A stretch of 64,000 nt of DNA from Bdellovibrionales bacterium (GCA_965219095.1 OZ244719.1:32001-96000), one strand, 5' to 3'; shown: positions 40,040 to 51,213, counted from the first letter of the stretch. Numbers and translations are program-made. The notes: generated by a model not told the origin, from the letters alone.

Positions 40040-42295
40040 GTAAGTCGGTTATCTGACCGCCCTTGACTCCTACGAGGGGAATATTTCTTAGATTTTAAAG
40101 GAAAAGTTTTTATTGATCTTGTTGTAAAACAAGCCTGTAAAACATTTCCCTAAGGCCTTCCTCGTTACAAAAATATAGAGAAGTTCTTAAAAGAATAATT
40201 CTTAGTTTTTTTTCGTAATTTTGATTTTTTTTGTGCTTTATTCTTTAAGAACGAAGCTCACTTGTATACTCAAAAGGCGTTTTATACCAATTACAGAAAT
40301 TAATTCGACATTTTTATGTTCAAATTTAAAATTTTAAAATTGACTTAAGGAAAAGTTTCAATTAGGAGGCTTTAAAAAAGTTTTTTTTGAAGGGAGGTTG
40401 AGTTTTCATAAGATATGTTTATTTTATGTATATCTATTGTTGTGTGAATCGATTGATGGGTTAAAATAAGTGTAAAAAAGTGAGGTTAAGATGTAAAATG
40501 AAAAAAATCAGTTACGCAATTTAATTTATAGGTTCAAATTAATTTACAAGCTTGATTCATCTTGTTGTTTTGCCCAAGATCGAGTGCATAATTTTTTAAT
40601 CCTGCCCTCCTGATCGCAAAAAGTATTCCAGGCCTCACAACAAGTATTCAGTATATGGTCATAGTTTTTAAAACATGCATTCGATAATTTGATCCTTCGT
40701 AATTGTTGCCAGACTTGTTCCATGGGATTTAATTCTGGACTATAAGGAGGTAAAGGCATCAGGGATAAATTCTTAGGAACTATCAAAGTCTCTGTGGTAT
40801 GCCAACTGGCTCTGTCCATTAAAACAATTCCATGATAGTTTTCTTGAATATTTTTAGATATCTCATCTAAGTGAATTTGCATCATCCCTGAATTACATTC
40901 CGGTAAAATCCAAGCACAGCCTTTATCTCTATCCGGACAAACTGCTCCAAAAATATAAGTGGATAAAAATTGTCTTTGCCTCACAACTCTAGGCCGTGTG
41001 CCTTTTCTTGCCCAAATCCTACTCAAAGAACCTTGCTGGCCTATTCTGCATTCATCCTGCCACCAAATCTCTATTTTATTAGTCTGAATCTTTTCCTTTA
41101 TTTTCTCCACCTCTTCTGGAAAATGTTCCTTAAACTGTTCCATAGCTTCTTGTGAACTTTTAGGATGAAGAGAACGACCACTGATCCATACAATATTAAG
41201 GCGGTCTAAAGAAACATAAACCCCAGAAAGAGAATAGCAACAGTCAAATTCATCTGCTAAAAGTTTCTGTATTTCCTTTGCTCCTATGCTTCCTCCCTCT
41301 CTTTTGTCTTGAATTTCATCTAACTTGATTTTGAAGTTCTCTTCTTCTGTCACTGGCAAACGAGGCTTGCGTCCTCTGCCTTCTCGATCTATCAATCCCT
41401 CGTAATCAAAGTCTACAAAAGACTGTAACCAGGATTTGATACTGTGACGATGATAGAAAACTATACCTGCTGTTTCTTGAATCGATTTTCCTTCTTGCAT
41501 ATGGTGCAAAGCCAATAATTTTGTCTTGATGTTGGCACTTCTTTCTACTTTGTAAGTAGCTAGAAAATTATACCCTTGAATCTGTGTAACTAAATCTTTT
41601 TTCGACATGACTCTAAAAATTTAACAGAGTTTTATCAAAAAGCCAGGACGCAATGCGTTAAAAGAATGTCGAATTAATTTTTGGAAATGGTATTAATAGG
41701 TATCTTATCGAGGGAGTTTCCCACAACCATTAAAATATAGTCCTTAGGATCTAATTCCACCTTCTTACAACTTTCCACAATACTATAAAGTACTGATGCT
41801 GTTTCAGCTCCTCTCTGAGTCCTTGACCCATGAAAGTTCTTTCTTCCCATCACAGAATGTCGAATCGTTCTTTCTGCTTCATTGTTTGTCATAGGAATTT
41901 TCTCATTTTCTAAGAATAAATTTAAGCCATCCCAGTGATTAAAGCTATAATCAATAGCCTTTTTTAACCCACTCTCAGGACGAGCTTCTCCATAAAGTTT
42001 ATAATACAGATCTTGCAGAGAAAGAACTAAATCCTTTGATTCTGTTTGTCTTAAATTTTTGAGTTCTTCATAAGTTTTTGCCTTTGATTCAACTTTAAAA
42101 ATCTCCTCCATAAGCTTTAATACTTTTCCACACTCCTCAGGGTAATTCTGTTCTATGTCAATAAACTTTCTTCTCGCATGAGACCAGCAAAAAGCAAGAT
42201 CAATTCCCTTTTCATCCTTAAAGTGTGTTTTATAACTAGCGTAGCCATCTGTTAAAATAGGCCCCTTATAAGAGCCTAAGAGTTTTTTAATAGAA
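40040..42295 (-). mobile_element. IS66-family tnpC 3' fragment and end, interrupted by IS630
   Basis: TDGYASY, CWSHARRKF, TNNEAERTIR, GRKN; GTAAGTCGGTTATCTGAC end at 40040. Confidence 0.88.
40285..41692 (-). mobile_element. IS630-family type 1, complete, intact transposase 40544-41608
   Basis: IRs TACCA..AATTAATTCGAC; TTA duplicated; QDE, DRASWH, PPYSPELNPMEQVW. Confidence 0.95.
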
Positions 42296-42299
42296 CAGG

Positions 42300-42381
42300 C
42301 TCCTGACTTCGACACAACACAGTGAGTTAAAAAAAATATTTTCGTTTTTTTTAACTCACTGTGTTGTGTCGAAGTCAGGAG
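42300..42381. repeat. 82-bp hairpin with perfect 37-bp arms
   Basis: CTCCTGACTTCGACACAACACAGTGAGTTAAAAAAAA, 8-nt loop, exact complement. Confidence 0.9.
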
Positions 42382-42384
42382 GAA

Positions 42385-42620
42385 CATAGGGTTTTTTCTG
42401 ACGGGCACTGAGATTCTTTAGTTTCATAATTCGAGCTACTTTGTTTTCTCAAGCACTCACTCCGCAACGCTTTAATTCCCTATACACCCTGGGGGAACCA
42501 TAACAGCCTTTATTTTTTTTAAAAATAGATTCTATGTTTTTCTCCAGATTTTTATCCTTTTCAAGCTTTCCCCTGGTTTTTAAAAAACTATAAAAACCAG
42601 AACGAGATCCTCTTAATAAT
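42385..42620 (-). mobile_element. IS3-family OrfB fragment
   Basis: SRSGFY..IF..NKGCYGSPRVYREL..KVARIMK. Confidence 0.75.
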
Positions 42621-42624
42621 TCGC

Positions 42625-42672
42625 GCCTCCTCAAAAGAATCTGTGGGTTCCCGGAGGTTCTTTTGAGGAGCC
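42625..42672. mobile_element. 48-bp miniature ISL3 derivative, copy 2
   Basis: Near reverse complement of 10342-10389. Confidence 0.8.
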
Positions 42673-42760
42673 CAATTTGTTAACTTAAGTCCTATGGATT
42701 TTGAGGGCTTAAGCCTTTTGGAGATCTCTTTTGGAACCTATGCTACAAAAGAATATCGAA

Positions 42761-43427
42761 TTATTTTTTGGAATTGGTATTACTAAAGTTTTTTTGTTTA
42801 AAGCCTTTGGGATTTATAATACTAGCACTGTTCCCTACAACTCGAATCACAAAAAGACCTTCTTTCTCAGCCTTTCTAGCTGAACTTTGATTGGATTTAA
42901 GATAAGCTACAACACCGTAGATTTTTTTGTCTTTATATTCAGGAAACATTTTTTTAAAATCTGCTAGCTTTTTTAAAAAATGAGTTAAGTCTCTTATACG
43001 TAAGGTGGTTTTGACTTCTGTCACAACCACTTCACTGCCATTAACTGCAATAATGTCGAATTCAAAAGGTTTCCCATTCCATGTCCCAAAAGACTCTGGA
43101 AGAATTCTCTGTACTTCAATGTTTCTTTCTTGAAGAAGTTTAACTAAATCACCTTTTGCCAGAGCCTCCATAAGCTTTCCCCATTGACCTGTGAAAAGTT
43201 CGTCTAACTTTGCTATACGTTTATCAGACTTTCTAAACTGAAGAGTCGGTCTCAAGTTTTGACTCTTTTAACAAACGCTCTGTTTCTTTGTGGGCTTTGG
43301 CGGTCTCTTTTTGAGCTTTGGCATTCTCTTTTTGAGACTTTGCCAGTTCTTGAGTTTCTTTAGCAACAGCTTGAATCGAAGCCCATACAGCTTTAGGAAT
43401 TGAATGATTGGGTTTTTTTAAAGGCAT
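42761..43427 (-). pseudogene. Coiled-coil plus PD-(D/E)XK-like domain protein, frameshifted
   Basis: KET heptads (43233-43427), then GQWGKLMEAL, EFDIIAVNG..EVK (42761-43255). Confidence 0.7.
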
Positions 43428-43524
43428 ACGGTTATATAATATAAAAAAACTTTCTTTTCAAGTGATTTTAAGAGAATTTCTTTCAAATGGCCTCACTGCG
43501 AAATCTCTCGCTAACCTACTGTAA

Positions 43525-43990
43525 TATAGTGCTTCCGTTTAGGTTTTTAGGTTCCTAAGATGGAGAAGTTATCAGTTATCAAAGTTTCTAATTTAGGCCT
43601 GTGTTTTTGTATTCCTCTAAAAAATTGACTTAAACTTCCCTTGAAATCGTCATAGTTTTCATAATATCGATTCGCCGTGACCTCTTTTTTCATAAACTTC
43701 CAAAGCCTTTCTATAGGATTTAAATTCGGTAAGTACGGAGGAAGATAAACAAGTTTTATATTCAACTCTTTCGCTAACTTCTTGACAGACTTCTATACTA
43801 TTGTATCCTGCCCCATCTAAGATAAGATGAATCTCTTTTTCATCGGAATACTTCTTAATGAATATGATGGAGCATATCATATAGAAAAACTTCGTTGACT
43901 GTCTTATAACTCCTGACTACCGTCTTCAAACTATTGATCTCAATAGCTCCACAAACATTCACTCTTTTTCTCCAGCCTGAATTGATCTTT
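43525..43990 (-). mobile_element. IS630 type 2, 3' fragment, followed by an IS630 type-1 end at 43992-44012
   Basis: LDGAGY and LPPY.PNLNPIERLW in broken frames; TATAGTGCTTCCG end. Confidence 0.88.
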
Positions 43991-44040
43991 ATACCAATTA
44001 CAGAAATTAATTTACAGTTCCGGAAGACAGTTTTCAGAAT

Positions 44041-45102
44041 CTAACGATAGTCATTTACATAATCAATGTATTCCACAATCCAAGGCTCAAATTGTCCTTC
44101 AAGTCGTCTCACTTTTTTATCCTCTGAAAGAAGAACTTTTTTCCTTTCTGTAGAAAATTCAAAAGAAAGAGGAAGAAGTTTATTTTCTTTTAAAGCCTCT
44201 TGTATTTGAGAAGCATAAGGGTCTCCTAAAACCTGCCTTCTTACAAGATCATCTAAAGAAAAACCTATTTCTTCTAATGTAAAACCATAAACATCAATTA
44301 AACGTCTTGCAAGGTCTAAAACTGATAAAAGAGACATCCTTTTATCTTGAAAGAGATCAAAAGCTATTTGTAAGGTGTTATGAGTAGGCAAAACCCTACG
44401 TCCAAATTTTAAGTAATACTCTGCATCTGTATCTTCTTCTAAGTTAATATAAATTTTCTCTACAGGATCTTGAGCTTTAATATCAGATTGTAATTCAAAA
44501 ATAAGATCTCTTTGGGAGCCTATGACTTTAAAGTGCATTAAAATCTTATCAATCTCCTCCCTCTTCAGTCTTTGAGAACAAATATCAGAGTAAAGACAAT
44601 ACGCTACAGCATCGGCCTCGCTATCATCACCCCACATAATCTGATGAACATTTTCATTGAGTCTTAACCTTAGTTGCAAAAGAGCTTGTAATTTGTAACC
44701 TAGTTGCCGTGTAAGCCTCTGAAATCTTTTAGGATGCAAGTTTCTTAAGTTGTCTTTAAAGAAGAATCCATGAGGCTTAACTTCATCAAGTAAAAGTTTC
44801 TCCCGAATTCGATCTTCCATCTGTGGAGGAGAGGCTGAAATAAAATAAAGAGCACTTTTCTGAGTCCATTGTTGTTGAAGGGTTTTTAGTAAAAACGCTG
44901 TACCAGGAATATTTTTTCTTTTACTTCCTCTTTCTACAAACATTTTAACGATGGACTTTAAATCATCAACCCTTGTGTCTAGGTAAGTTTTATCCAAATC
45001 CCAAACATAAACTTCTTCGGCCTTTTTTTCCTCATCCTCTGCTACATATTGAAAAAAAGCAACATCTTGAAGGGATAAAGCTTTGACTCTCCAGTGCCTC
45101 AT
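44041..45102 (-). CDS. HAD-fold phosphatase, App1/DUF2183-like
   Basis: WDLDKT (motif I), ISASP (motif II), K, WGDD (motif IV). Confidence 0.7.
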   Translation of the reverse strand: MRHWRVKALSLQDVAFFQYVAEDEEKKAEEVYVWDLDKTYLDTRVDDLKSIVKMFVERGSKRKNIPGTAFLLKTLQQQWTQKSALYFISASPPQMEDRIREKLLLDEVKPHGFFFKDNLRNLHPKRFQRLTRQLGYKLQALLQLRLRLNENVHQIMWGDDSEADAVAYCLYSDICSQRLKREEIDKILMHFKVIGSQRDLIFELQSDIKAQDPVEKIYINLEEDTDAEYYLKFGRRVLPTHNTLQIAFDLFQDKRMSLLSVLDLARRLIDVYGFTLEEIGFSLDDLVRRQVLGDPYASQIQEALKENKLLPLSFEFSTERKKVLLSEDKKVRRLEGQFEPWIVEYIDYVNDYR

Positions 45103-45998
45103 CGTCCCTTTATCTTATCACTTTTTTCTATATTAAGAAAGCTCCAATCTAATTTTTCAACGGGAAATTGGATCCATTTTTCTTCTTTAGGAAAATTTTT
45201 AGGAGGCTTTTGGCATTGCTTTACAAAACTCAAAACACCTGTGAAGGCCCCTAAAAAAGCTTCAAAATTGTAATGACTTTTTTCCATCAAACGTCGATCC
45301 TGTTCATAGAAAAAAATTAAACCTCTCTCAGAGATCTTATCTAAAATCAAACGTCTTGTCTCACGTCCCTCAAAAGAGCTCTTATAATTTCTAAGCCTTA
45401 TTTTAGAAATTTTCAAAGAACGTCCTAAATACCATAAACTCACTTTTGCTAAAAACTCCTCATTTTTGACATGTTCCAAACGACGACTTAAAAAATGAGC
45501 TCTCGCAGTCAAAGGAGCCTTGTTAGAATTGAGAGCAGGAGAGATTTCAAAAGATTCGTCTAGCTCTTTTGAAATGTAAGTTTCAGAACACCTTTCTATA
45601 TAGGGTGAAAAAATTTTTGTACGTTTTTTCTTATAACGATGAAAAAACTTCCAACTCCAAAGAATATGACTTTGGTTACAGACCTCATAACCAGGACAGG
45701 GTAAAGAGCAAGTCATACATTGAGGAAGACTTAAGGGGGCATTAAAAAGCACTAATTCGATTCTAGAAAAAGAATCTTCTAAAAAATCATAAACCAACTT
45801 GTCGCTAGAATCTTTCTGAGTACTTTTAATATGAGAGTAAATATGACGTAAAAAAACTTTTTTCTCTTTCGGATAATACTCTAAAACAGCAACAGATGTA
45901 GTATCTTTTTTAGCTCCACCCAAACAAATTCCCACAAAACAATGAGACTTTATAAAAGGGGATGTGCTGATATAATTTGAAATTGGTTTTTCCTGCAT
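45099..45998 (-). CDS. Hypothetical RNase H-fold (DUF429-like) protein with Cys cluster
   Basis: VGICLGG, NAPLSLP, CMTCSLPCPGYEVC, FEAFLGA. Confidence 0.55.
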   Translation of the reverse strand: MQEKPISNYISTSPFIKSHCFVGICLGGAKKDTTSVAVLEYYPKEKKVFLRHIYSHIKSTQKDSSDKLVYDFLEDSFSRIELVLFNAPLSLPQCMTCSLPCPGYEVCNQSHILWSWKFFHRYKKKRTKIFSPYIERCSETYISKELDESFEISPALNSNKAPLTARAHFLSRRLEHVKNEEFLAKVSLWYLGRSLKISKIRLRNYKSSFEGRETRRLILDKISERGLIFFYEQDRRLMEKSHYNFEAFLGAFTGVLSFVKQCQKPPKNFPKEEKWIQFPVEKLDWSFLNIEKSDKIKGR

Positions 45999-46930
45999 AT
46001 TTGTTTTACCTTTTCTTTATCATCTAAAGAACACCATAACATAACACATCCTCCCCCTCCTGCTCCACAAATTTTGACCTGACACTCAGCCTCTTTTACG
46101 ACAAGCCTTCTTAAATCCTCAATAGGAGAGACAGAGAAAGAAGACGAAAGTTGAGTGCGATAAAAATATTCTTTTTCAAAAAGCTTAGGGAACTTGCTGA
46201 AATCATTTCTCTTTAAAGAATCATAAAAACTCTCTGAAACACAAGACAACTCCTTAAGGAGATCTAAGGTCTTCTTATCTTTCTCAATCACCTTTTGAAG
46301 AACACTCCAGTTGTTCAAACCTGATTGATGGGGAATTCCTATATTCACAAGTAAAATGTGCTTTTTAAATGTTTCAAAATCAAACTTTAACTCTTCTGAA
46401 CAAACACCATCTACACCATAGTGAAGAACATGAAAACGCGGTTCTATGGCAGGAAAGTAATCCTGTGTTCCCGTAGGATAATGAAGTGTCTGTAGTTCTA
46501 AGTGACTTGCAAGTTGAACCAGTTTTATCAAATCAGGCCTTTTTTTATCCTCATAGAGTTCAAAAAAAGCTTTCAATAAAGAAACACATAAGCTGGAACT
46601 AGCACCTAAACCCCCTCCTAAAAGAGGGCTTTCTGATAAAGTACTCAAACGAAAAGGAAAAGAAGGCTTAAAATAGGACAAAACTTTTATAATCAATTTT
46701 AATTCTTTATCTGAGTTCTCTAAAACCTCATCGAGATTTTTAAACTTTTTTTCATATCTCAGGTCTTTACATAAAATATGGATCCCCTCTTCAATCTTCT
46801 CTAAATTGACTCTCGTATAAATACTAATAGGAAAATTCAACGTAATGGCCTTGCCTAAAAGAACATAAACAGGCCAGCAATCAAGTGTTCCTCCTGCTAA
46901 ATCAATACGTAAAGGAGAACGAATTTCCAT
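45950..46930 (-). CDS. GHMP-family sugar kinase (HddA-like)
   Basis: PLRIDLAGGTLD, GGGLGASS, GTQD, KICGAGGGG. Confidence 0.9.
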   Translation of the reverse strand: MEIRSPLRIDLAGGTLDCWPVYVLLGKAITLNFPISIYTRVNLEKIEEGIHILCKDLRYEKKFKNLDEVLENSDKELKLIIKVLSYFKPSFPFRLSTLSESPLLGGGLGASSSLCVSLLKAFFELYEDKKRPDLIKLVQLASHLELQTLHYPTGTQDYFPAIEPRFHVLHYGVDGVCSEELKFDFETFKKHILLVNIGIPHQSGLNNWSVLQKVIEKDKKTLDLLKELSCVSESFYDSLKRNDFSKFPKLFEKEYFYRTQLSSSFSVSPIEDLRRLVVKEAECQVKICGAGGGGCVMLWCSLDDKEKVKQICRKNQFQIISAHPLL

Positions 46931-47730
46931 TAAGGCACCTTCTTGAGAATGTCTTCAAAAGACAATTTTTCAATTTGAAATAAAGAATTTCTTTTATTAA
47001 CAAAAATAAAGTAGGAAGACCTATCTTTAAAAAAACTAAGTTTCCAAGGTTTTTTTTGAGGATCATAATATAATTCTAATGCCATTTGAGCTTTTTTGAA
47101 ACCATCGCTCTGAAGCTTTATAAGTTTTTTGACCTTAATTGAATTTATAAGCTGTAAAACTTTCTTCGTAGAAGAAGCCCATCCTTGCTTAGGCCTAGTT
47201 AAAACCCTTACAACACCCTCTTTTTTATAAACCATCCTCTTCGGTTCAGAAGAAGGTAGTCCCAAGTCCATCTGAATCCAAAAAAGAACTTTAAAAAATT
47301 TTTCCCATACATGACTTCCTAAAAAAAACTCACCCTCTTTCTTCACAAAAACTCTTTCATCCATGCTAGTTTGTTGAAAAAGCATAAGATGAACAGAACC
47401 TTTATTTTCCAAAAAAACTTCTAACTTTAAAGCCTCTTTTTCAGACAACTTCTCTTTAAGTTGAATTTTCATAAGAGTTTGAGTTTTTAAAAACCTTAAA
47501 AAGTTCACCACCAAACTCTCATCAGCCCAATCTTTCCAAGGCTCTATCACCCACCAACGATCTTCTTTTTTCTCTAACAAATGTCCTCCTATTTTGAAGC
47601 CCACTATACTTACGTCTTTCTTAAAACCAAAAATAGTGTATTTTTTAGGCTTAAAGGGGTTAATCACAATTAAAGCTAAAAACAAAATAACAAAAAAACC
47701 AAAAATAAAAGTAAATTTAAACCCTTTCAA
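46930..47730 (-). CDS. Membrane-anchored DUF4340-like protein
   Basis: N-terminal TM, LEKKEDRWWVIEP..AD motif; follows the GldG-like gene. Confidence 0.55.
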   Translation of the reverse strand: MKGFKFTFIFGFFVILFLALIVINPFKPKKYTIFGFKKDVSIVGFKIGGHLLEKKEDRWWVIEPWKDWADESLVVNFLRFLKTQTLMKIQLKEKLSEKEALKLEVFLENKGSVHLMLFQQTSMDERVFVKKEGEFFLGSHVWEKFFKVLFWIQMDLGLPSSEPKRMVYKKEGVVRVLTRPKQGWASSTKKVLQLINSIKVKKLIKLQSDGFKKAQMALELYYDPQKKPWKLSFFKDRSSYFIFVNKRNSLFQIEKLSFEDILKKVP

Positions 47731-49235
47731 CTCTTACGCCCCCTTAGCCAAAAAAGAAAAGAAAGACTAAAAAGAATCAGTGGAACAATGAAAACAGTGA
47801 GAGCTAAAGTGGCCTTCCTTACAGAAGTTAAAATGATGTTTGATGTTTTAAGTTGTTTTCTAGGAATGGAAACTAAATTTTTCCTGTCTGTTAAATAATT
47901 GAAAATATTGATAGCTAAGTCTTTGTTAAAATAAGTTTCCAAATAGTTTGAAGAAAGAAAATCTATATCTCCACTTACTATAAATTTAAATGTTTCACTT
48001 CCATACTTTTTAACTTCTAAAACTAAAGGATAGGCTTGAGGCTTCACGCTTATTTTCTGACTTTTAAACTCTTTAATAGCAAAAGAGTGAGGAGAGGAGA
48101 AAACTAATATGCTGACCTTATATTCCTTTTTTTCTTTGCTTGTAAAGCTCCCTACTGTGGGAAAAATGGTGATCTTTCTTCCTCCTTTAAATCCTTTTGT
48201 TACTTCATGAGAATCATTATAATCAGTCGTTGCTAAAAGCCCATCTTCAAGACCTGAGCTTCTATCTAAAACAAAATTATTCTCAAAAGTAAGCCCAAAA
48301 ATCTTCAAAAACTTTTGAAGATTTTTTATCTTCACACTAGGCTCCAGAGCTAGAAACACAGAACCACCTTTATCTAAAAACTCTTTTAAGAGCTTTAATT
48401 CTTTTTCAGAAAAATCCTTTGTAGGACCTGCCACAAACAGAAGGCTTTTTTTAGGAATCTCTGTGTTGTTGAAAAGAAGAAGCTCTTCAACTTGAAAAGA
48501 AAAGCTTTCTAAAACTTTCTTTAACAAACTCAGATCCCTTCCTGTTCGACTCCGTTTTACCTGTCTTTCTCCATGACCATAGGTTAAATAAACTTGAGTC
48601 CTTTTTGAGTTCAACAGCTTCATAAACGCTGTAGTAAAACTCTCTTCATGATAAGGGGCCTCCACATGAACTGTTTTCCCCTTGTAATCTATAAAAACCA
48701 TAAAGCCTTGAGAAGAAGAAGTTGCAGCCTTTTTGACATACCTTTCAGCTGTTTTAGGCTGTGAAAAAGCGTTGACATAATCTATTCTAATCAAGCCTTG
48801 GCTTTGTTGATAAAGCTTTAAGATAGTTTCTATGCGTCTAGCCACACGACGGTTTCCTGTATAAAAAACCTTCACTTCTATTTTTTCATCAATTTGTTTT
48901 AAAACATTCTCTGTGACAGGAGTTAAAGTAGAAAGGCTATCTTTTGAAACATCAAACAAACGGTTCGTTTTTATAGATAAAAGGTTGATACTTGTAAGAA
49001 AAATGAACATAAAAATACATAAAACTCCCATGTTAAGACTATGACGAGTGCTTTTTAAATTAAAAAGTTCTCTATAAAAAGAAAAGTCAATCATAAAAGT
49101 GATAAAAAAACACAAGCCACTAAAGCCTAAGAGAAAATAAATGGCTAAAATCCCAGGCCACAAATAAGCAAAAAAAGACGTAACAGCTAAGAAAAAAAGA
49201 GCCAAAACCAAAAGAGCCTTTGATAAGGTTTTCAC
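47727..49235 (-). CDS. GldG-like ABC transporter auxiliary component
   Basis: FDVS..TL, YLTYGHGE, AGP..FSEKE, GG, GDIDF, N-terminal and C-terminal TMs. Confidence 0.85.
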   Translation of the reverse strand: MKTLSKALLVLALFFLAVTSFFAYLWPGILAIYFLLGFSGLCFFITFMIDFSFYRELFNLKSTRHSLNMGVLCIFMFIFLTSINLLSIKTNRLFDVSKDSLSTLTPVTENVLKQIDEKIEVKVFYTGNRRVARRIETILKLYQQSQGLIRIDYVNAFSQPKTAERYVKKAATSSSQGFMVFIDYKGKTVHVEAPYHEESFTTAFMKLLNSKRTQVYLTYGHGERQVKRSRTGRDLSLLKKVLESFSFQVEELLLFNNTEIPKKSLLFVAGPTKDFSEKELKLLKEFLDKGGSVFLALEPSVKIKNLQKFLKIFGLTFENNFVLDRSSGLEDGLLATTDYNDSHEVTKGFKGGRKITIFPTVGSFTSKEKKEYKVSILVFSSPHSFAIKEFKSQKISVKPQAYPLVLEVKKYGSETFKFIVSGDIDFLSSNYLETYFNKDLAINIFNYLTDRKNLVSIPRKQLKTSNIILTSVRKATLALTVFIVPLILFSLSFLFWLRGRKS

Positions 49236-49239
49236 AAAA

Positions 49240-49998
49240 TCACCTCCACCTTGATGACTCTATAACTCTGTCAGAAAGAAACAGAAAAAACACCCAACTT
49301 GTTAATAAAAAAACCACAGCTTTTAGTTCAATAGCTCCTCTCATAAAAGAAATAAAATATCTTTCCACAGCAACAGCATCGAAAAACCGACTCAATAAAG
49401 GGCTTTCTACACTATAACCTAATTCCCCTATCATAAGAATAAAAACATTTAAAAGGACAGCTGTAATGAGACTTACAAGATGAGAGGAGGTAAGGGAAGA
49501 TGAAAAAAGACCAATAGCTATATAAAGCCCTGAAAGAAGAAAGAGACCCAAAAGTGAAGAGTAAAGAAGTCCCCTGTCCATATAAGTTACAGAATCTAAC
49601 CAAAAAAAAGGGATGAGAGAAAGAAAGATAAAAAGCGTAACAATAAAAAAGGATGATAAAAATTTAGACAAAATGATCTGATAAGAAGTAATGGGAGATG
49701 TTAAAAGAAGCTCATAAGTTCTAATTTTTTTTTCTTCGGCCAAAGCTTTCATAGTAAGAGCAGGAATAAAAAATAACAAAATAAAATGGTTTGAAAAAAT
49801 ATGCTGAGAAACAACCGACCAGTGCAGTGTGAGCTTCTGATTATTGAAAGGAGCTTCTAACATTTCCACATAACGTAGAATGTAGTTAAAGAATAAAGCT
49901 CCCCAAATGATCGAACACAAACCTAAAAGAATCCAAAGCTGAGAGCTTCTTAGCAAAACTTTTAAATCCTTTGATGCAAGTATCCAAACACTTTTCAT
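49240..49998 (-). CDS. GldF-like ABC-2 permease
   Basis: PALTMKALAEEKK.RTYELLLTSPI, ESSRWR. Confidence 0.9.
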   Translation of the reverse strand: MKSVWILASKDLKVLLRSSQLWILLGLCSIIWGALFFNYILRYVEMLEAPFNNQKLTLHWSVVSQHIFSNHFILLFFIPALTMKALAEEKKIRTYELLLTSPITSYQIILSKFLSSFFIVTLFIFLSLIPFFWLDSVTYMDRGLLYSSLLGLFLLSGLYIAIGLFSSSLTSSHLVSLITAVLLNVFILMIGELGYSVESPLLSRFFDAVAVERYFISFMRGAIELKAVVFLLTSWVFFLFLSDRVIESSRWR

Positions 49999-50003
49999 AA
50001 ATT

Positions 50004-50987
50004 TTAATGGTAATCTTTCTTTGTAAACTCTAAAAACACATCTTCTAAATTTAAAGACAAAGGTTTTAGTTCTAAAAGCCCTGCTTTCTTCTCAACAACC
50101 ATTTGACTTACTTCTGCTAAAATTTCATGACCTCCTCTTACATATAAAGTATACATGTTGTCATTTTGCTCTACATGTGAAATTTTCTTAAAGGACTTAA
50201 AAGCTTTCGTCAGTTCATCAGAAGCTTTTAATGTTTTTAAACTAACCTTCAAAGACTTTGAAAACCGATGGGACAGTTCAGAAAGAACTCCCTTAGCTCT
50301 TATCACTCCCTTATACAAAATCACAACCTCTTGGCAAATGGCTTGAGCTTCTGATAAAATGTGAGTTGAAAGAACAAGAGTCACTTTTCCTTTCAAACGT
50401 TTTAAAAGCTCTCTTACTTCAGAAACCTGCTTGGGATCTAGACCAATGGTGGGTTCATCTAAGATTATCACCTGTGGTCTAGATACAAGAGCTTGAGCAA
50501 TTCCCACCCTCTGACGATAACCTCTGGAAAGATGTCTTAAAGGTCTTAAAGCCACATCTTTTAAGAAAACACTCTCCATGCATTCTTCTGTCATTTTTTT
50601 TGCTTCTTTAAAACTTAAACCCTTAAGACGTCCCACAAACTGTAAATATTCTTTGACTGAAAGCTCTTCATAAAGGGGAGGGATGTCAGGTAAGTAACCT
50701 AATTTTTTTTTCACAGCTAAAGGATTTTCAAAAACATCAACTCCGTCTATTTTCACTACACCTGAGCTAGGTGCCATAGCACCTGACATGATTCTCATGG
50801 TTGTAGTTTTTCCTGCACCATTAGGCCCTAAAAGACCTAAAAAAGTCCCCTTAGGCACAGAGAAACTCAAGTCACAAAGAGCCTGAAAATGACCGTATTT
50901 TTTATTCAACTTGCAAACTTCAATCACAAAATTATTTTGACAGAATTTCTCTTTATTGTCATTATTTTTTCTCTTGTATCCTGTCAA
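50004..50987 (-). CDS. GldA-like ABC ATP-binding protein (start uncertain)
   Basis: GPNGAGKTT, LSRGYRQRVG, LDEPT, STH. Confidence 0.93.
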   Translation of the reverse strand: MTGYKRKNNDNKEKFCQNNFVIEVCKLNKKYGHFQALCDLSFSVPKGTFLGLLGPNGAGKTTTMRIMSGAMAPSSGVVKIDGVDVFENPLAVKKKLGYLPDIPPLYEELSVKEYLQFVGRLKGLSFKEAKKMTEECMESVFLKDVALRPLRHLSRGYRQRVGIAQALVSRPQVIILDEPTIGLDPKQVSEVRELLKRLKGKVTLVLSTHILSEAQAICQEVVILYKGVIRAKGVLSELSHRFSKSLKVSLKTLKASDELTKAFKSFKKISHVEQNDNMYTLYVRGGHEILAEVSQMVVEKKAGLLELKPLSLNLEDVFLEFTKKDYH

Positions 50988-51213
50988 ATACTAAAAAAGT
51001 ATCTAGAAAATTTAATATCTCACTCCCTCCTCAATGTCACAAATCTTGAAAAAAGGACTAAAAAACTTCTCGAACTATGCTGATCTCAATTTTCGTCTAT
51101 GGTTTGGGTTTGAATTCATAGGTGTCCCTCATAAAAAACTCATTGTAAAGAGCCTAGAAAAGCAAGATGAGTTCAAAATTCTGCTCTAAAGATATTTCGA
51201 GGTTACATTTCAT

